A program made the position numbers and the translations under genes. From Nitrospirae bacterium MYbin3 (lineage in GTDB: Bacteria; Nitrospirota; Thermodesulfovibrionia; Thermodesulfovibrionales; Dissulfurispiraceae), in the NCBI GenBank assembly GCA_002753335.1, contig PEAD01000003.1:62001-126000 (forward strand): DNA of 64,000 nt. Direction: 5' to 3'. Below are positions 46,344 through 56,408 of this stretch, piece by piece. The notes under the pieces are model-generated. The model was not told the origin of the DNA. It saw nothing but the letters and a program-made list of their open reading frames with translations, and searched no databases. The stretch's first letter is position 1. Every line of letters begins with the position of its first letter.

Positions 46344-47969
46344 ATGGCAAATAATATTCTTGCAAGATATCACGCTTGCTTTATACCAGCAAGCATAGTT
46401 CTGCTTGTCCTTGGAGTTTTTTTTCCAGTGCTTTGGCATGATTTCGTTGATTATGACGATTTCACCTTTGTTGTGCGTAACCCTAATATACAAGCAGGAG
46501 TGACGTTTGAAGGCATTATTTGGGCGTTCATGTCTGAGTATGAAGCAAACTGGATCCCATTAACCTGGATTTCGCATATGCTTGATGTGCAGTTGTTTGG
46601 CATGAATCCAGCGGGCCATCATTTTGTGAACCTTTTATTTCATATCGCCAGTACACTTCTGCTTTTTTCTTTTTTTAAGATGACAACTGGTGCCCTATGG
46701 CGCAGCGCAGCTGTGGCGCTGCTCTTTGCCTTTCATCCGCTGCATGTTGAATCAGTTGCCTGGGTGGCGGAGCGCAAGGATGTGCTCAGTGCCTTCTTCT
46801 GGATGCTGACCATGTGTGCCTATGTTCGCTACTCAGACAATCCGGGTGTTGTCAGATATCTGACTGTACTAGGTCTTTTCGTACTAGGGTTGTTGTCTAA
46901 GCCAATGGTTATAACCATGCCGTTTGTGTTGTTGATGATTGATTGGTGGCCTCTTGGCAGATTCAGTCCGGCAGGCTATGCAGAGGGTGTTTTGAAAAGA
47001 AGCAACCTTGCAAGATTGCTTGTAGAAAAAATACCGTTTATCATTCTGTCCCTTTGCTCGGGTGTCATAACATATATCGCCCATCAGGCTGACATCTCTT
47101 ATAAACTCTCGTTTGCTGAGAAAGTTGGAAGGGCAGTTGTGGCATATACATCCTATCTTGGCAAGATGTTCTGGCCGGCCAATCTTGCGGTTATTTATCC
47201 GTTTTCTGTTGAGCCGCCGGGTTTAGTAAAAATTATTATTGCAACAATAACTGTACTGACAATCACCGCCTTAGTATTTGTGATGCGGCAACGCGCTTCA
47301 TATCTTATAACCGGATGGATGTGGTATATAATTACTCTGCTGCCGGTTATTGGACTGGTGCATATTGGACATCATGCTATGGCAGATCGCTATACATATA
47401 TCCCGCTTATTGGTGTTTTTGTAATGCTTGTATGGGGCATTTCAGAGGTTTTAAAAAAATGGCATTTTCGAAAATTTATCCTGCCTATGCTGTTTTTGTT
47501 GACCCTTGGGGGAATTGTGCTAATTACACGGATGCAGCTTCAGCACTGGAAAAACAGCATCACACTGTTTAGCCATGCAGTTGAGGTTACCGAAAAAAAC
47601 TGGATGGCACATAATAATTTAGGGAAAGTAATTCTTGATGAAGGCAGAATAGATGAGGCTATAATGCATTTTACCAAGGCGGTGGAGGCTAATGCGTCCT
47701 TTGCATTGCCTTACTTGAATATGGGTTTTGCATACTATTATAAATATGAGTTCGAGTCTGCACGAAAAGCGTTTGAGAGCGCACTTTATGCTGACCCTAG
47801 CTGTCATCCGGCCCATTTCGGGCTTGGCCTAGTGTATCTGGGGATTGGCAACATGGGGCGTGTGCGGGATGAATATAACTATTTAGTGCGTTTCGGATCG
47901 AGCTATGCAGCTGAACTTATGAGTGCGATAATTAATTATAATAAACTGGTAGGCGCGAATCCCAGTTAG
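46344..47969 (+). CDS. TMTC-like GT-C glycosyltransferase with TPRs
   Basis: YDD, NWIPLTWISH, HPLHVESVAWVAERKDVL, ADRYTY, AHNNLG TPR. Confidence 0.85.
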   Translation: MANNILARYHACFIPASIVLLVLGVFFPVLWHDFVDYDDFTFVVRNPNIQAGVTFEGIIWAFMSEYEANWIPLTWISHMLDVQLFGMNPAGHHFVNLLFHIASTLLLFSFFKMTTGALWRSAAVALLFAFHPLHVESVAWVAERKDVLSAFFWMLTMCAYVRYSDNPGVVRYLTVLGLFVLGLLSKPMVITMPFVLLMIDWWPLGRFSPAGYAEGVLKRSNLARLLVEKIPFIILSLCSGVITYIAHQADISYKLSFAEKVGRAVVAYTSYLGKMFWPANLAVIYPFSVEPPGLVKIIIATITVLTITALVFVMRQRASYLITGWMWYIITLLPVIGLVHIGHHAMADRYTYIPLIGVFVMLVWGISEVLKKWHFRKFILPMLFLLTLGGIVLITRMQLQHWKNSITLFSHAVEVTEKNWMAHNNLGKVILDEGRIDEAIMHFTKAVEANASFALPYLNMGFAYYYKYEFESARKAFESALYADPSCHPAHFGLGLVYLGIGNMGRVRDEYNYLVRFGSSYAAELMSAIINYNKLVGANPS

Positions 47970-48036
47970 TATGTTGTAATGTTGAGCGCTTTTTTTATGC
48001 TGAGATTGCACACTATCTTCAGGAAAAAATGAGAAA

Positions 48037-49725
48037 GTGAAACGAGAATTTGCCAACATGACAATGCTATTGGAGAAGCGGCGAGAACTACTCTTTGGTG
48101 CTTTAGTTGCGATAATGGCTTTTTGTGTTTATGCAAATTCTCTTGGTAACGGCTTTGCTTTGGATGATGACAGCGTTATTCTAAATAATCCTGTACTTCG
48201 TGGCAGCCCTCTTTCACTTTTAAGCGCTATTGACACCACCAATGAGGCTCAATTATTACCCTTTTATCGTCCGTTTACATATCTTACATTTTATGTCGAG
48301 GGACAGCTGCATGGTTTTAACCCATTCTATATAAGGCTCTTTAATGTTCTTTTGCATACTGCTAACGCCTTGTTGGTATATTGTTTTGCAAGAACGCTTC
48401 TTAACGATAACAACGCCGCATTGCTTGCGGGTCTTTTATTTGCGATTCATCCGCTGCATGCAGAGGGGGTGAATTTTAATGCGGGCGGTCGGAATACTAT
48501 GCTGGCCTGTTTTTTTATGCTTTTGGCTTATCTGTTTCATAACAAAAGCGTTACACGGTGCAATCTCTTTGGGTCAATTGTAGGAGCGTTACTTTTTCTT
48601 TTCGGTCTTTTTTCAAAGGAGACTGCACTGATGGTGTTACCTTTTATCATAGTGCAGGAGATTGTGTACATGCGAAACAGTTCCAATTCACGGCTGGGTA
48701 TAATCTTTAGAATTGTTCCTTATTTAATAGGGGTAACATGTTATCTTGTTATGCGATGGGTAGCACTTGCAAAGTTTGGCATTCAGACAAGCCTGATTCC
48801 TGGAGTTGCTACTCAGAAGATACAAGATATGTATATAGTGCCTGAGATTACTGAGAGGTTGATTAATAATCTCTATATAATTCCAAAGTATCTATTAACT
48901 GTTGTTTTGCCTATATCTTTAAGCTCCAGGTACGAAATTCCTGGTGACTTTCATCTCTTGTCTTTGCAACTTGCCTTAGCTTGGTTGGTTATAATTATCG
49001 TACTTGGATGGCTTCTAACTAGGGGGCGAAGCTGGACTACATTCTCCGGATTGTTGTGGTTTATGCTATTTTGGATTCCTGTAAGTGGTATAGTTTATGT
49101 GCCGGGAGCATCCTTGGCTGATCGTTTTCTTTATATTCCAGCAATAGGTCTTTGGCTTGTTGCGGCTGACCAGTTTGTTCGATTTGTTACTGCTGGCAGT
49201 ACTGCACGCAAGTATGCTGTTTTTGTTTTAGTGATTTCTTTTATTATGTTGGCAATTTTGACTGTTAGACGCAATTTTGACTGGAAAAATAATATCACTC
49301 TTTATTCTAGCCTTGTAGAGAAATATCCTGAAAATGCTTATGGCCATGCTGGGTTAGGAAGCGCCTACTTCGGCGAAAGTAGAAACTCTAGTAGCTATCT
49401 GGTTTTGGCCGAGCAGGAACTCGAAAGAGCGCTAACATTATCGCCGACGCCTGCAACTTTTCCTGCTGCGCATAAACAGTTGGGGCATATAAAACAAAAC
49501 CGAGGGGATTACCAAGGAGCATTGTATCATTATAGCGAAGCTTTGGCGATCTTTCCTAATGACAAAGAAGCACGAATAAACCGTGGAATAGTATTCGAAA
49601 AGACTGGCAGGTATAAAGAAGCATTACAGGAGTATCAGTTTTTTCTTTCTGTACCGGGAGACAATAATATTTTAGGGTCGCAAGAGTATGCGAAAGATAG
49701 GATACGCGAACTTTCGGGCGATTAG
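48037..49725 (+). CDS. TMTC-like GT-C glycosyltransferase with TPRs
   Basis: LDD, YRP, HPLHAEGV, SKE, ADRFLY, TPR tail. Confidence 0.85.
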   Translation: MKREFANMTMLLEKRRELLFGALVAIMAFCVYANSLGNGFALDDDSVILNNPVLRGSPLSLLSAIDTTNEAQLLPFYRPFTYLTFYVEGQLHGFNPFYIRLFNVLLHTANALLVYCFARTLLNDNNAALLAGLLFAIHPLHAEGVNFNAGGRNTMLACFFMLLAYLFHNKSVTRCNLFGSIVGALLFLFGLFSKETALMVLPFIIVQEIVYMRNSSNSRLGIIFRIVPYLIGVTCYLVMRWVALAKFGIQTSLIPGVATQKIQDMYIVPEITERLINNLYIIPKYLLTVVLPISLSSRYEIPGDFHLLSLQLALAWLVIIIVLGWLLTRGRSWTTFSGLLWFMLFWIPVSGIVYVPGASLADRFLYIPAIGLWLVAADQFVRFVTAGSTARKYAVFVLVISFIMLAILTVRRNFDWKNNITLYSSLVEKYPENAYGHAGLGSAYFGESRNSSSYLVLAEQELERALTLSPTPATFPAAHKQLGHIKQNRGDYQGALYHYSEALAIFPNDKEARINRGIVFEKTGRYKEALQEYQFFLSVPGDNNILGSQEYAKDRIRELSGD

Positions 49726-49876
49726 ATTAGATATGATTAAGATGAGGAGCAGCTTTTCTCTTGTTTCTCCTTATTCTCCAATTCATTATAGCGATGGAAG
49801 GAGTGTCTATGCGTTTGCTTAGATGTATAGGAGCCATGCATTTCAAAAAAAATGATACAATTGAGGAATCATACTA

Positions 49877-50029
49877 ATGTTAAATTTTATGAAAGATCTT
49901 TTGGGTTTTATGCGGGAACGAAAAAAGTTTTGGCTGTTGCCCATTATCATTGTTCTGTTTCTATTAAGTATTTTGATGATTCTGACGCAAGGCAGTGCAG
50001 TTGCACCGTTTATTTATGCTCTCTTTTGA
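49877..50029 (+). CDS. SxtK-like / DUF5989 small membrane protein (50 aa, absent from the ORF track)
   Basis: MLNFMKDLLGFMRERKKFWLLPIIIVLFLLSILMILTQGSAVAPFIYALF with RKKFWL.P and APFIY.LF signatures; RBS GAGGA. Confidence 0.85.
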   Translation: MLNFMKDLLGFMRERKKFWLLPIIIVLFLLSILMILTQGSAVAPFIYALF

Positions 50030-50052
50030 AAAAATGATTTTACTTTTTAAAA

Positions 50053-51810
50053 TTGACCCGAATGACAACTGAACGCTCGCCAATGGTTTTCAAGTCTATG
50101 GATAGACGACACCTTGTCTTTTGGTTCCTGATGTTTCTGATCGTTATTGCCGGTATTGAGCTCGGCGCGCTGCTTATTGAGCGAGTAGAGAACTCTGTGG
50201 CGCGAAGCAAGAACCCATTTGTTGAATCAGTTAATCCGGCCTCGGCGTTTAAGATTGTGGATATTGGCGGAACTAAGATGGTGGTAAGATCTGAATTCCA
50301 TCCACTGATGAATACTGCGATGCAGCCGTTTCCCCTAAAGCGTCCGGAGGGAGGCCTTCGTGTATTCGTCCTAGGTGGCTCGGCCGCGGCTGGGTGGCCT
50401 TATCATGCTGGTGATACAAATATCAGTGCATTGCTCGAGCGAAAGCTTCGGATGTTATATCCGAGGCGACAGATTGAGGTGATTAATGCTGCCGCAGGAA
50501 CTTATGCTAGCCATAGGGTTAAGCTGATTTTCGAGGAAGTCCTTAGTTACAATCCAGACATTGTATTTCTTTACAATGGGAACAACGAGTTTCTGGAGAG
50601 TCTTGTCTATAGGCCGCAGAGACCTCAGGCACCGTGGGATCGTTCGGCTACAATTCGTCTAACATATCGAGCTGTAACGTCACTTATGGTTCCTCTCCCG
50701 CGTGTTGATGTGGGAAACTATGATATCAGCGCCCAGGTCCCGAACACACTCTCTTTCGCGTTTTCCAAGGCCTCGCTCTATCGAGAGGATTCGCGCCAGT
50801 TTCAGATGCTTCTTGAGCACTATCGGTTTAATCTAGAAGAGATGGCTAAAACCGCGCGTGCTGCCAAAGTTCCGCTATTCTTTCTCACCTGTCCTGTGAA
50901 TCTTAAGGATTGGGTTCCCAATGTTTCTAAGCATCGGAAAGATCTGTCTCTTGAGGATAAGGCGCGGTGGACAGGCCTATTTCGTGACGGATACCTCAAT
51001 ATTGAGAAAGGAAACTTCTCTGCAGCGATTGTTCCACTCAGAGCTGCTATCTCAATCGACGACGAATATGCAGAGGCCCATTACCGCCTTGCGGAAGCTC
51101 TTAGGCAAACCGGAAAGTGGGGCGATGCTAAGAATGAATACATACTAGCGCTTCAAAGAGATGCCTTTCCTTTTCGCGAGCTACCTGAGTTTCAAAATAT
51201 TTTGAGAGAAGTTGCTGCTAAGCAAGGAGTTCCTCTGGTAGATATAATCGCGCCGCTTGAGGCGGTTGCCGGGGAGGGTATTATAGGGCTTGACGTACTT
51301 ATCGATTACGTCCATTTGTCGGAGCGAAGTCAGGAGATTGTCTCTCATGAGATGGTGAAATCTCTTTTGATTCACGGATTGCTGCAGGGAATTTCTGCTG
51401 CCGATGTCGAACGTGTGCGTATATCGATTCCGTTGAAATTTTGGGCATTGAGGGATGTTATAGCTGCCGACCTTAAATACAACATGGCTATGATTATGCA
51501 CCAGTATGATAGGCTTGATGCGTTATATAAGGAGGCTGTTGAGATATTCAGCCGTGCAGCAAGGGAGGACCCATCTATTGCAGAGGACTGCAAGTGGAGG
51601 CTTGTTTCGTTTCGCCATATTCACTCGATAGTTGGGGCTTATCGAGATCTTCTGCGCGCTGAGAAACTGGGATTATTGGAGAAAACTTACACTCCAGAGG
51701 AAGCGCAACGAATATTTTTTGAATATCGCGATATGATACACCAGGTAAAAACTCCGAGTTTGTCTTGGGAGGAGTTCAAACAGAAGGTTCCCCAAGGCCC
51801 ATTCCAATAG
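50053..51810 (+). CDS. Membrane-anchored SGNH/GDSL hydrolase or acyltransferase with TPR
   Basis: Block I LGGS, EVINA, GNNE, DYVH; TPR YAEAHYRLA. Confidence 0.78.
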   Translation: MTRMTTERSPMVFKSMDRRHLVFWFLMFLIVIAGIELGALLIERVENSVARSKNPFVESVNPASAFKIVDIGGTKMVVRSEFHPLMNTAMQPFPLKRPEGGLRVFVLGGSAAAGWPYHAGDTNISALLERKLRMLYPRRQIEVINAAAGTYASHRVKLIFEEVLSYNPDIVFLYNGNNEFLESLVYRPQRPQAPWDRSATIRLTYRAVTSLMVPLPRVDVGNYDISAQVPNTLSFAFSKASLYREDSRQFQMLLEHYRFNLEEMAKTARAAKVPLFFLTCPVNLKDWVPNVSKHRKDLSLEDKARWTGLFRDGYLNIEKGNFSAAIVPLRAAISIDDEYAEAHYRLAEALRQTGKWGDAKNEYILALQRDAFPFRELPEFQNILREVAAKQGVPLVDIIAPLEAVAGEGIIGLDVLIDYVHLSERSQEIVSHEMVKSLLIHGLLQGISAADVERVRISIPLKFWALRDVIAADLKYNMAMIMHQYDRLDALYKEAVEIFSRAAREDPSIAEDCKWRLVSFRHIHSIVGAYRDLLRAEKLGLLEKTYTPEEAQRIFFEYRDMIHQVKTPSLSWEEFKQKVPQGPFQ

Positions 51811-52011
51811 AGTGAGGATTGTAAATTATATCTGAAAAATAATCGATTCAACGTAGCAAAGAATCTGACTGTATGCCGGTTGGACATGCTATAGCTATTA
51901 GTGCTATGTGCTTTTTGAAATTTATAGTGGTTTGTTTAAACTTTCGGTATAGCGAATGTTTGTTTGAAAAAGCATGGAAAAACTTATTTATGATAAAATA
52001 AAGATATATTT

Positions 52012-52800
52012 ATGAGAGGAGGAATAAACCATATGCAGATCGCATTGATTGTTTTGATATTGTCTTGTATTGTTGGGGGATCAACCGGTTGGGCTGAAGA
52101 GCAAACTATTATGACCGATCCAACTACAGGTATGGAGTTTGTTTTTGTAAAAGGTGGCTGTTTTGAAATGGGTGATGTCTTTGGGGGTGGTGAAAAAGAT
52201 GAGACTCCTGTTCATGAGGTCTGTGTTTCTGACTATTATATCGGTAAATACGAGGTCACACAGGGGCAGTTTCAAAAGATAAAAAAAGAATATTCTTTAG
52301 ATCTTCAGCAGTGCGGACTCGATTGTCCTGTTGGTAACTTAAGTTGGAAAATGGTGCAAGATTATATTTCTGCATTGAATGAAAAGAGCTCAAAACAGTA
52401 TAGACTGCCGACCGAAGCAGAGTGGGAATATGCTGCTAGGAGCGGGGGAAAGAAAGATAAGTGGGCAGGGACAAACAGCGAGGCAGAATTGACTGATTTT
52501 GTGAATTTTAATAAATCTGATGATAAGGCTTATGCTAAAGTTGGTAGTAGAAAACCAAATGGTCTTGGTATTTACGATATGAGTGGCAATGCTCAGGAAT
52601 GGTGCCAGGACTGGTACCATGAAGACTTTTATTCTAAGAAAATAAAGGATAATCCGACAGGACCTTCTACTGGTGTAATACGCGTTCTCCGCGGGGGGAC
52701 TTTTAATGATGATAAGATTTATGTAAGAACAACTGCAAGGAATAGTTCTTCGCCTGACGGGATTGATGGAGGGTTTCGTCTCGTGCTTCCTGTTAAATAA
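52012..52800 (+). CDS. Secreted FGE-sulfatase (SUMF1)-fold protein
   Basis: F.MG, RLPTEAEWEYAAR, GIYDMSGNAQEW, RGG, GFR; lacks the FGE catalytic Cys pair. Confidence 0.88.
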   Translation: MRGGINHMQIALIVLILSCIVGGSTGWAEEQTIMTDPTTGMEFVFVKGGCFEMGDVFGGGEKDETPVHEVCVSDYYIGKYEVTQGQFQKIKKEYSLDLQQCGLDCPVGNLSWKMVQDYISALNEKSSKQYRLPTEAEWEYAARSGGKKDKWAGTNSEAELTDFVNFNKSDDKAYAKVGSRKPNGLGIYDMSGNAQEWCQDWYHEDFYSKKIKDNPTGPSTGVIRVLRGGTFNDDKIYVRTTARNSSSPDGIDGGFRLVLPVK

Positions 52801-52895
52801 CAGTATGAGATTCTGTTAAGCGGCTGCCTTTGTTTCGGCCAGCTAAGAATTTTATAGCTATACTATTTCAAAATAAGTTTAAAGCAAGAAGTCTC

Positions 52896-54449
52896 ATGAA
52901 GTATAGTTGGTCATTTTCACTTCTGCTGCTGTTCATCGTTTTTGCAATATATGGAAATTCACTCGGGAATGATTTTGTATGGGATGATGCCGTTGTTATC
53001 GTCAAGAATCCTCTCTTGAAAGGGGATGCCCTTTCTCTATTTGCAGCCATAGACTCTGGTCGAGAGATAGATTTGACACCCTATTATCGGCCGTTGACCT
53101 TTCTCAGTTTTCTTGTTGAAGAACGTCTGCATGGCCTGAAGCCGTTTCCAATGCACCTCTTAAATGTCTTGCTTCATACGGTTAACGCATTTCTTGTTTA
53201 TCGACTTGCTCGATTTATTATCAAGGACGAACAGGCTTCATTTTTTGCGGCGCTACTTTTTGCAGTTCACCCTATAAGCAACGAAACGGTGGATTTTCTT
53301 TCTTGCCGCAATACATTGCTTGCTTGCTTTTTTGCACTTATGGCCTATCTTTTTCATATAAGAAGCGCTGTTGCTGGTGCGGTATTTTTTCTTGCCGCTC
53401 TTTTTTCAAAGGAAATAGGGTTGATGATTCTGCCGTTTATAGTAGCGCAAGAGATATCATCTGCCCGAAATATTTCAGGCTATAGATATAGGTCCCTCAT
53501 AAGGTTGATCCCTTATGTTTTCTGTACAGGTGCATATTTGGCTTTGCGGGGAAATGCCATTGATGCTGCTGGCGTCAAGATAGACATACTGTCCGGCCTT
53601 GGTACACGCCTTCTGGATAACCTTTATATTATTCCCCGTTATGTTCTTGCGATTGTATGGCCTTCATCCATCAGCATAAGATACTATGTTCCTGACGATA
53701 TTCATCTTTTAGCGCTGCCTCTTGTATTTGCTTGGATAGGCATATGCGGCGTGCTTGTATGGCTAATGATTCGTTGTCGCACCAAGGCAACACTTTTTGG
53801 ACTGGCTTGGTTAGTATCATTTTTGCTGCCGGTAAGCGGCATTATTCCAATCCCGAGTGCATCAATGGCCGACCGGTATTTGTATGTTCCTGCGATTGGT
53901 CTTTGGATTGTAATAGGAGATCAGTATTCAAGGTTAATTTCATCTCAGCTAAGATATCGTCGATACTTCTTGATTGCTTCAGTATTTATTCTTGTCTTTT
54001 TGTCAGTTGTTACCGTTATACGAAACAACGACTGGAAAAATGATGTTACGCTTTTCTCTCATTATGCTAAGCAGAATCCTGATAGCGCCTTTGCCCATCA
54101 CAACTTGGGCTGCGCCTATCTTGATAAGGTGGGAAATCTTGATGCTGCAGAGAGGGAGTTTTTTAAAGCTATTGATCTCAACCCCAGTTTCCCTCGGCTT
54201 TGGACGCAGATGGGGTATATAAGTTTGTTGAGGGGGAATTATGAGCTTGCTGTTAGCCGATATGATGAAGCGATCAGTCAGAACCCATTCGATGCTGAGG
54301 CTTATTTGAATAGAGCAATAGCATTTGATAGACTTGGGAAGTATGAATATGCGGTTGCTGATTATAGGCGTTTTCTTGCTATTCCCGGGAATGAATTGGC
54401 TGATGCTCGGCCTCAGGCAACAGAGCGGATGCGCGAGCTTGCAAAGTAA
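52896..54449 (+). CDS. TMTC-like GT-C glycosyltransferase with TPRs
   Basis: WDD, YYRPLT, HP...E.V, SKE, ADRYLY, AHHNLG. Confidence 0.85.
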   Translation: MKYSWSFSLLLLFIVFAIYGNSLGNDFVWDDAVVIVKNPLLKGDALSLFAAIDSGREIDLTPYYRPLTFLSFLVEERLHGLKPFPMHLLNVLLHTVNAFLVYRLARFIIKDEQASFFAALLFAVHPISNETVDFLSCRNTLLACFFALMAYLFHIRSAVAGAVFFLAALFSKEIGLMILPFIVAQEISSARNISGYRYRSLIRLIPYVFCTGAYLALRGNAIDAAGVKIDILSGLGTRLLDNLYIIPRYVLAIVWPSSISIRYYVPDDIHLLALPLVFAWIGICGVLVWLMIRCRTKATLFGLAWLVSFLLPVSGIIPIPSASMADRYLYVPAIGLWIVIGDQYSRLISSQLRYRRYFLIASVFILVFLSVVTVIRNNDWKNDVTLFSHYAKQNPDSAFAHHNLGCAYLDKVGNLDAAEREFFKAIDLNPSFPRLWTQMGYISLLRGNYELAVSRYDEAISQNPFDAEAYLNRAIAFDRLGKYEYAVADYRRFLAIPGNELADARPQATERMRELAK

Positions 54450-54589
54450 AATTGTTTTGTACTCTGCCAGTATTTTTTTGCTGATGAGAATCTCTTCTTG
54501 TTTACTGCCTTGCTTGGTAATATCAAATAATAATATCATCTTTATTGTCTCAATTCGTTTGATATTTCAGCTTGTCAGTTATGTGCACT

Positions 54590-54621
54590 TTGACAGAATT
54601 ACTTTATCATGATAGTGTAAT
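54590..54621 (+). promoter_or_regulatory. Sigma70 promoter with overlapping imperfect palindrome (likely TA autorepression operator)
   Basis: TTGACA at 54590; ATTACTTTATCATGATAGTGTAAT dyad covering the -10 region. Confidence 0.55.
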
Positions 54622-54644
54622 AATAAAAGGAGAGGAGGACAGAC

Positions 54645-54914
54645 ATGCTGACAAAATTAACTAGAGGAAATCAGATAACCATTCCCAAGCCTATAATTGA
54701 AAAATCTCACCTTAAGGCTGGCAGTGATTATCTAGAGGTTGAATACAAGCGTGGAATTATATGTTTAAAGCCTGTTGAGGTTGAAGAGAGAATAGCTCCA
54801 GAGATTTTTGAAAGGTTTCAGAGAGAGGTGTTAAGGAAAGAGCGAGGCGATGTGGAGGTAGATGCAAAGTCAGGAGAGGGATTCCTGTCAAAAAGAGCCA
54901 AAAGAGCAAGGTGA
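54645..54914 (+). CDS. AbrB/MazE-family antitoxin
   Basis: N-terminal KLTRGNQITIPK...GIICLKP swapped-hairpin signature. Confidence 0.8.
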   Translation: MLTKLTRGNQITIPKPIIEKSHLKAGSDYLEVEYKRGIICLKPVEVEERIAPEIFERFQREVLRKERGDVEVDAKSGEGFLSKRAKRAR

Positions 54915-55204
54915 AAGCATTTCTTTACAAGAAGTCATTTTTAAAGGCTTTTGATCAATATAATGCGTCTGAAAAAGCATTAATTATTTTTGCTGATAAA
55001 CAAGTCAGGCATTTCTATGTGATGCAGAAAGCACCGTATGGTTTAAGGATTAAGAAGCTTTTTGAGAAAGAAGGGGAAAAGACTTTTGAGGCAAGGGTGA
55101 CAGATAAAATTCGCTTGCTTTATGTAGAATCAGAGTTAGTGGTTTCATTCGCTTTTCTTGGCAATCATGAGCAAGTCAGGCGATATATAAAAAGTTTTAA
55201 ATAG
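54911..55204 (+). CDS. RelE/ParE-like toxin
   Basis: 97 aa, basic, F.K...LRIKKL...FEARV...RL...LGNH; 4-nt overlap with the antitoxin. Confidence 0.68.
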   Translation: MKAFLYKKSFLKAFDQYNASEKALIIFADKQVRHFYVMQKAPYGLRIKKLFEKEGEKTFEARVTDKIRLLYVESELVVSFAFLGNHEQVRRYIKSFK

Positions 55205-55295
55205 CAGATGTGAATTAGGGCTGAAATGAAAAATCAATTAGTATTGACAAGGTATTTTATATTTTTACATCTAACTACATATTTAGGATTATAGG

Positions 55296-56381
55296 ATGAT
55301 TTTTAAAAAAATATATGATTTTTTTTCCTCCTCCAAGCTCGCCATGTTTTTGCTTGTTTCTATTCTTGCATGCTGTGTTATTGGTGTAACCGTTATTCGG
55401 GGCGAAAAGGCATGGGAATTGATATTTAGTACGCTTTGGTTCAATTGTCTCTTGGTGCTTTTGGTCTTAAATGTAGCATTTTGTTTTTTCGGCAGGGTAT
55501 GGGGCAGGAAGGTGACGCTTATATCTTTTGGCATGATTCTTTTTCACCTGAGTTTTGTTTTTATGTTATTGGGTATTATCTATAACAGCCTGTTTTATTT
55601 CAGAGGGAATATCAGACTTACAGAGGGAGAGACTCTGCCGAGCGGCCAGCCTCAGAGCTACGATCTTATTTACCAAGGAAATTTATTTGACTTTTCGAAG
55701 TTGAAAGGCGATACGATGCTAATTAAAATGCATTCCGGTTATAAGGTTGACGGGATAGACAAGAGAGCTGCTTACGAGATTGCTGTTGGCGAGGGAATAA
55801 ATAAAAAACAGGGAATTATATATATTACGCACAATCTTGAACATAGAGGCTTTACATATTTTAATGACAAGGAGGGCTATTCTATTCTGGTTATACTTTA
55901 TGATAAGAATGGCAAGGAACTTTACGGTGCGCATATTCCTCTTCAAAGTCTAAAGCAGAAGGATGAGTCGTATTTTTACACTACCGGAACCAAAGAGGGG
56001 CCGGCAGCGTTTTCTTTTCCATTGGATATGGGCAAACCTCTATTTGATCTTCAGATTATATATAAGCCATCTAAGTTAGAGGACAGGAAGGGTAATGTTG
56101 CTTTTAAGTTATGGCCTCTTAAAATGGCAGATGCAAAATTAAATGATAAGCCTATCGCAGAGGGTGAGGTATTGATTGGGGAAAAGATTCTGATGGGTGA
56201 GTATTATCTTTTTGCAAAAGAGGTTCGTTATTGGGTCGGCATGAATGTTCGCTACGAACCCGGCAATCCGATTGTTCTTGCGAGTCTTTGGGTGGGACTT
56301 GCTGGAATAGTGATAACTTTTATAGGGAGGTTGATAAGGCGCAGTGGCGATTTTGCAGTTGATGGGGGACTGAAAAATTAA
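55296..56381 (+). CDS. resB: Cytochrome c biogenesis System II ResB/CcsB-like protein
   Basis: FFSSSKLA, F.T.WF..LL.LL.LN, G..LFHLS conserved His, LTEGET, V.YEPG + C-terminal TM segment. Confidence 0.72.
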   Translation: MIFKKIYDFFSSSKLAMFLLVSILACCVIGVTVIRGEKAWELIFSTLWFNCLLVLLVLNVAFCFFGRVWGRKVTLISFGMILFHLSFVFMLLGIIYNSLFYFRGNIRLTEGETLPSGQPQSYDLIYQGNLFDFSKLKGDTMLIKMHSGYKVDGIDKRAAYEIAVGEGINKKQGIIYITHNLEHRGFTYFNDKEGYSILVILYDKNGKELYGAHIPLQSLKQKDESYFYTTGTKEGPAAFSFPLDMGKPLFDLQIIYKPSKLEDRKGNVAFKLWPLKMADAKLNDKPIAEGEVLIGEKILMGEYYLFAKEVRYWVGMNVRYEPGNPIVLASLWVGLAGIVITFIGRLIRRSGDFAVDGGLKN

Positions 56382-56408
56382 TTGTGTTATTTGTCTAGAA
56401 GTTAAGCA

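Noticed and set aside
49852..50037. 61-aa ORF in the track
   Set aside because: It overlaps, in another frame, the recognisable DUF5989/SxtK-like ORF at 49877-50029, which has an RBS.
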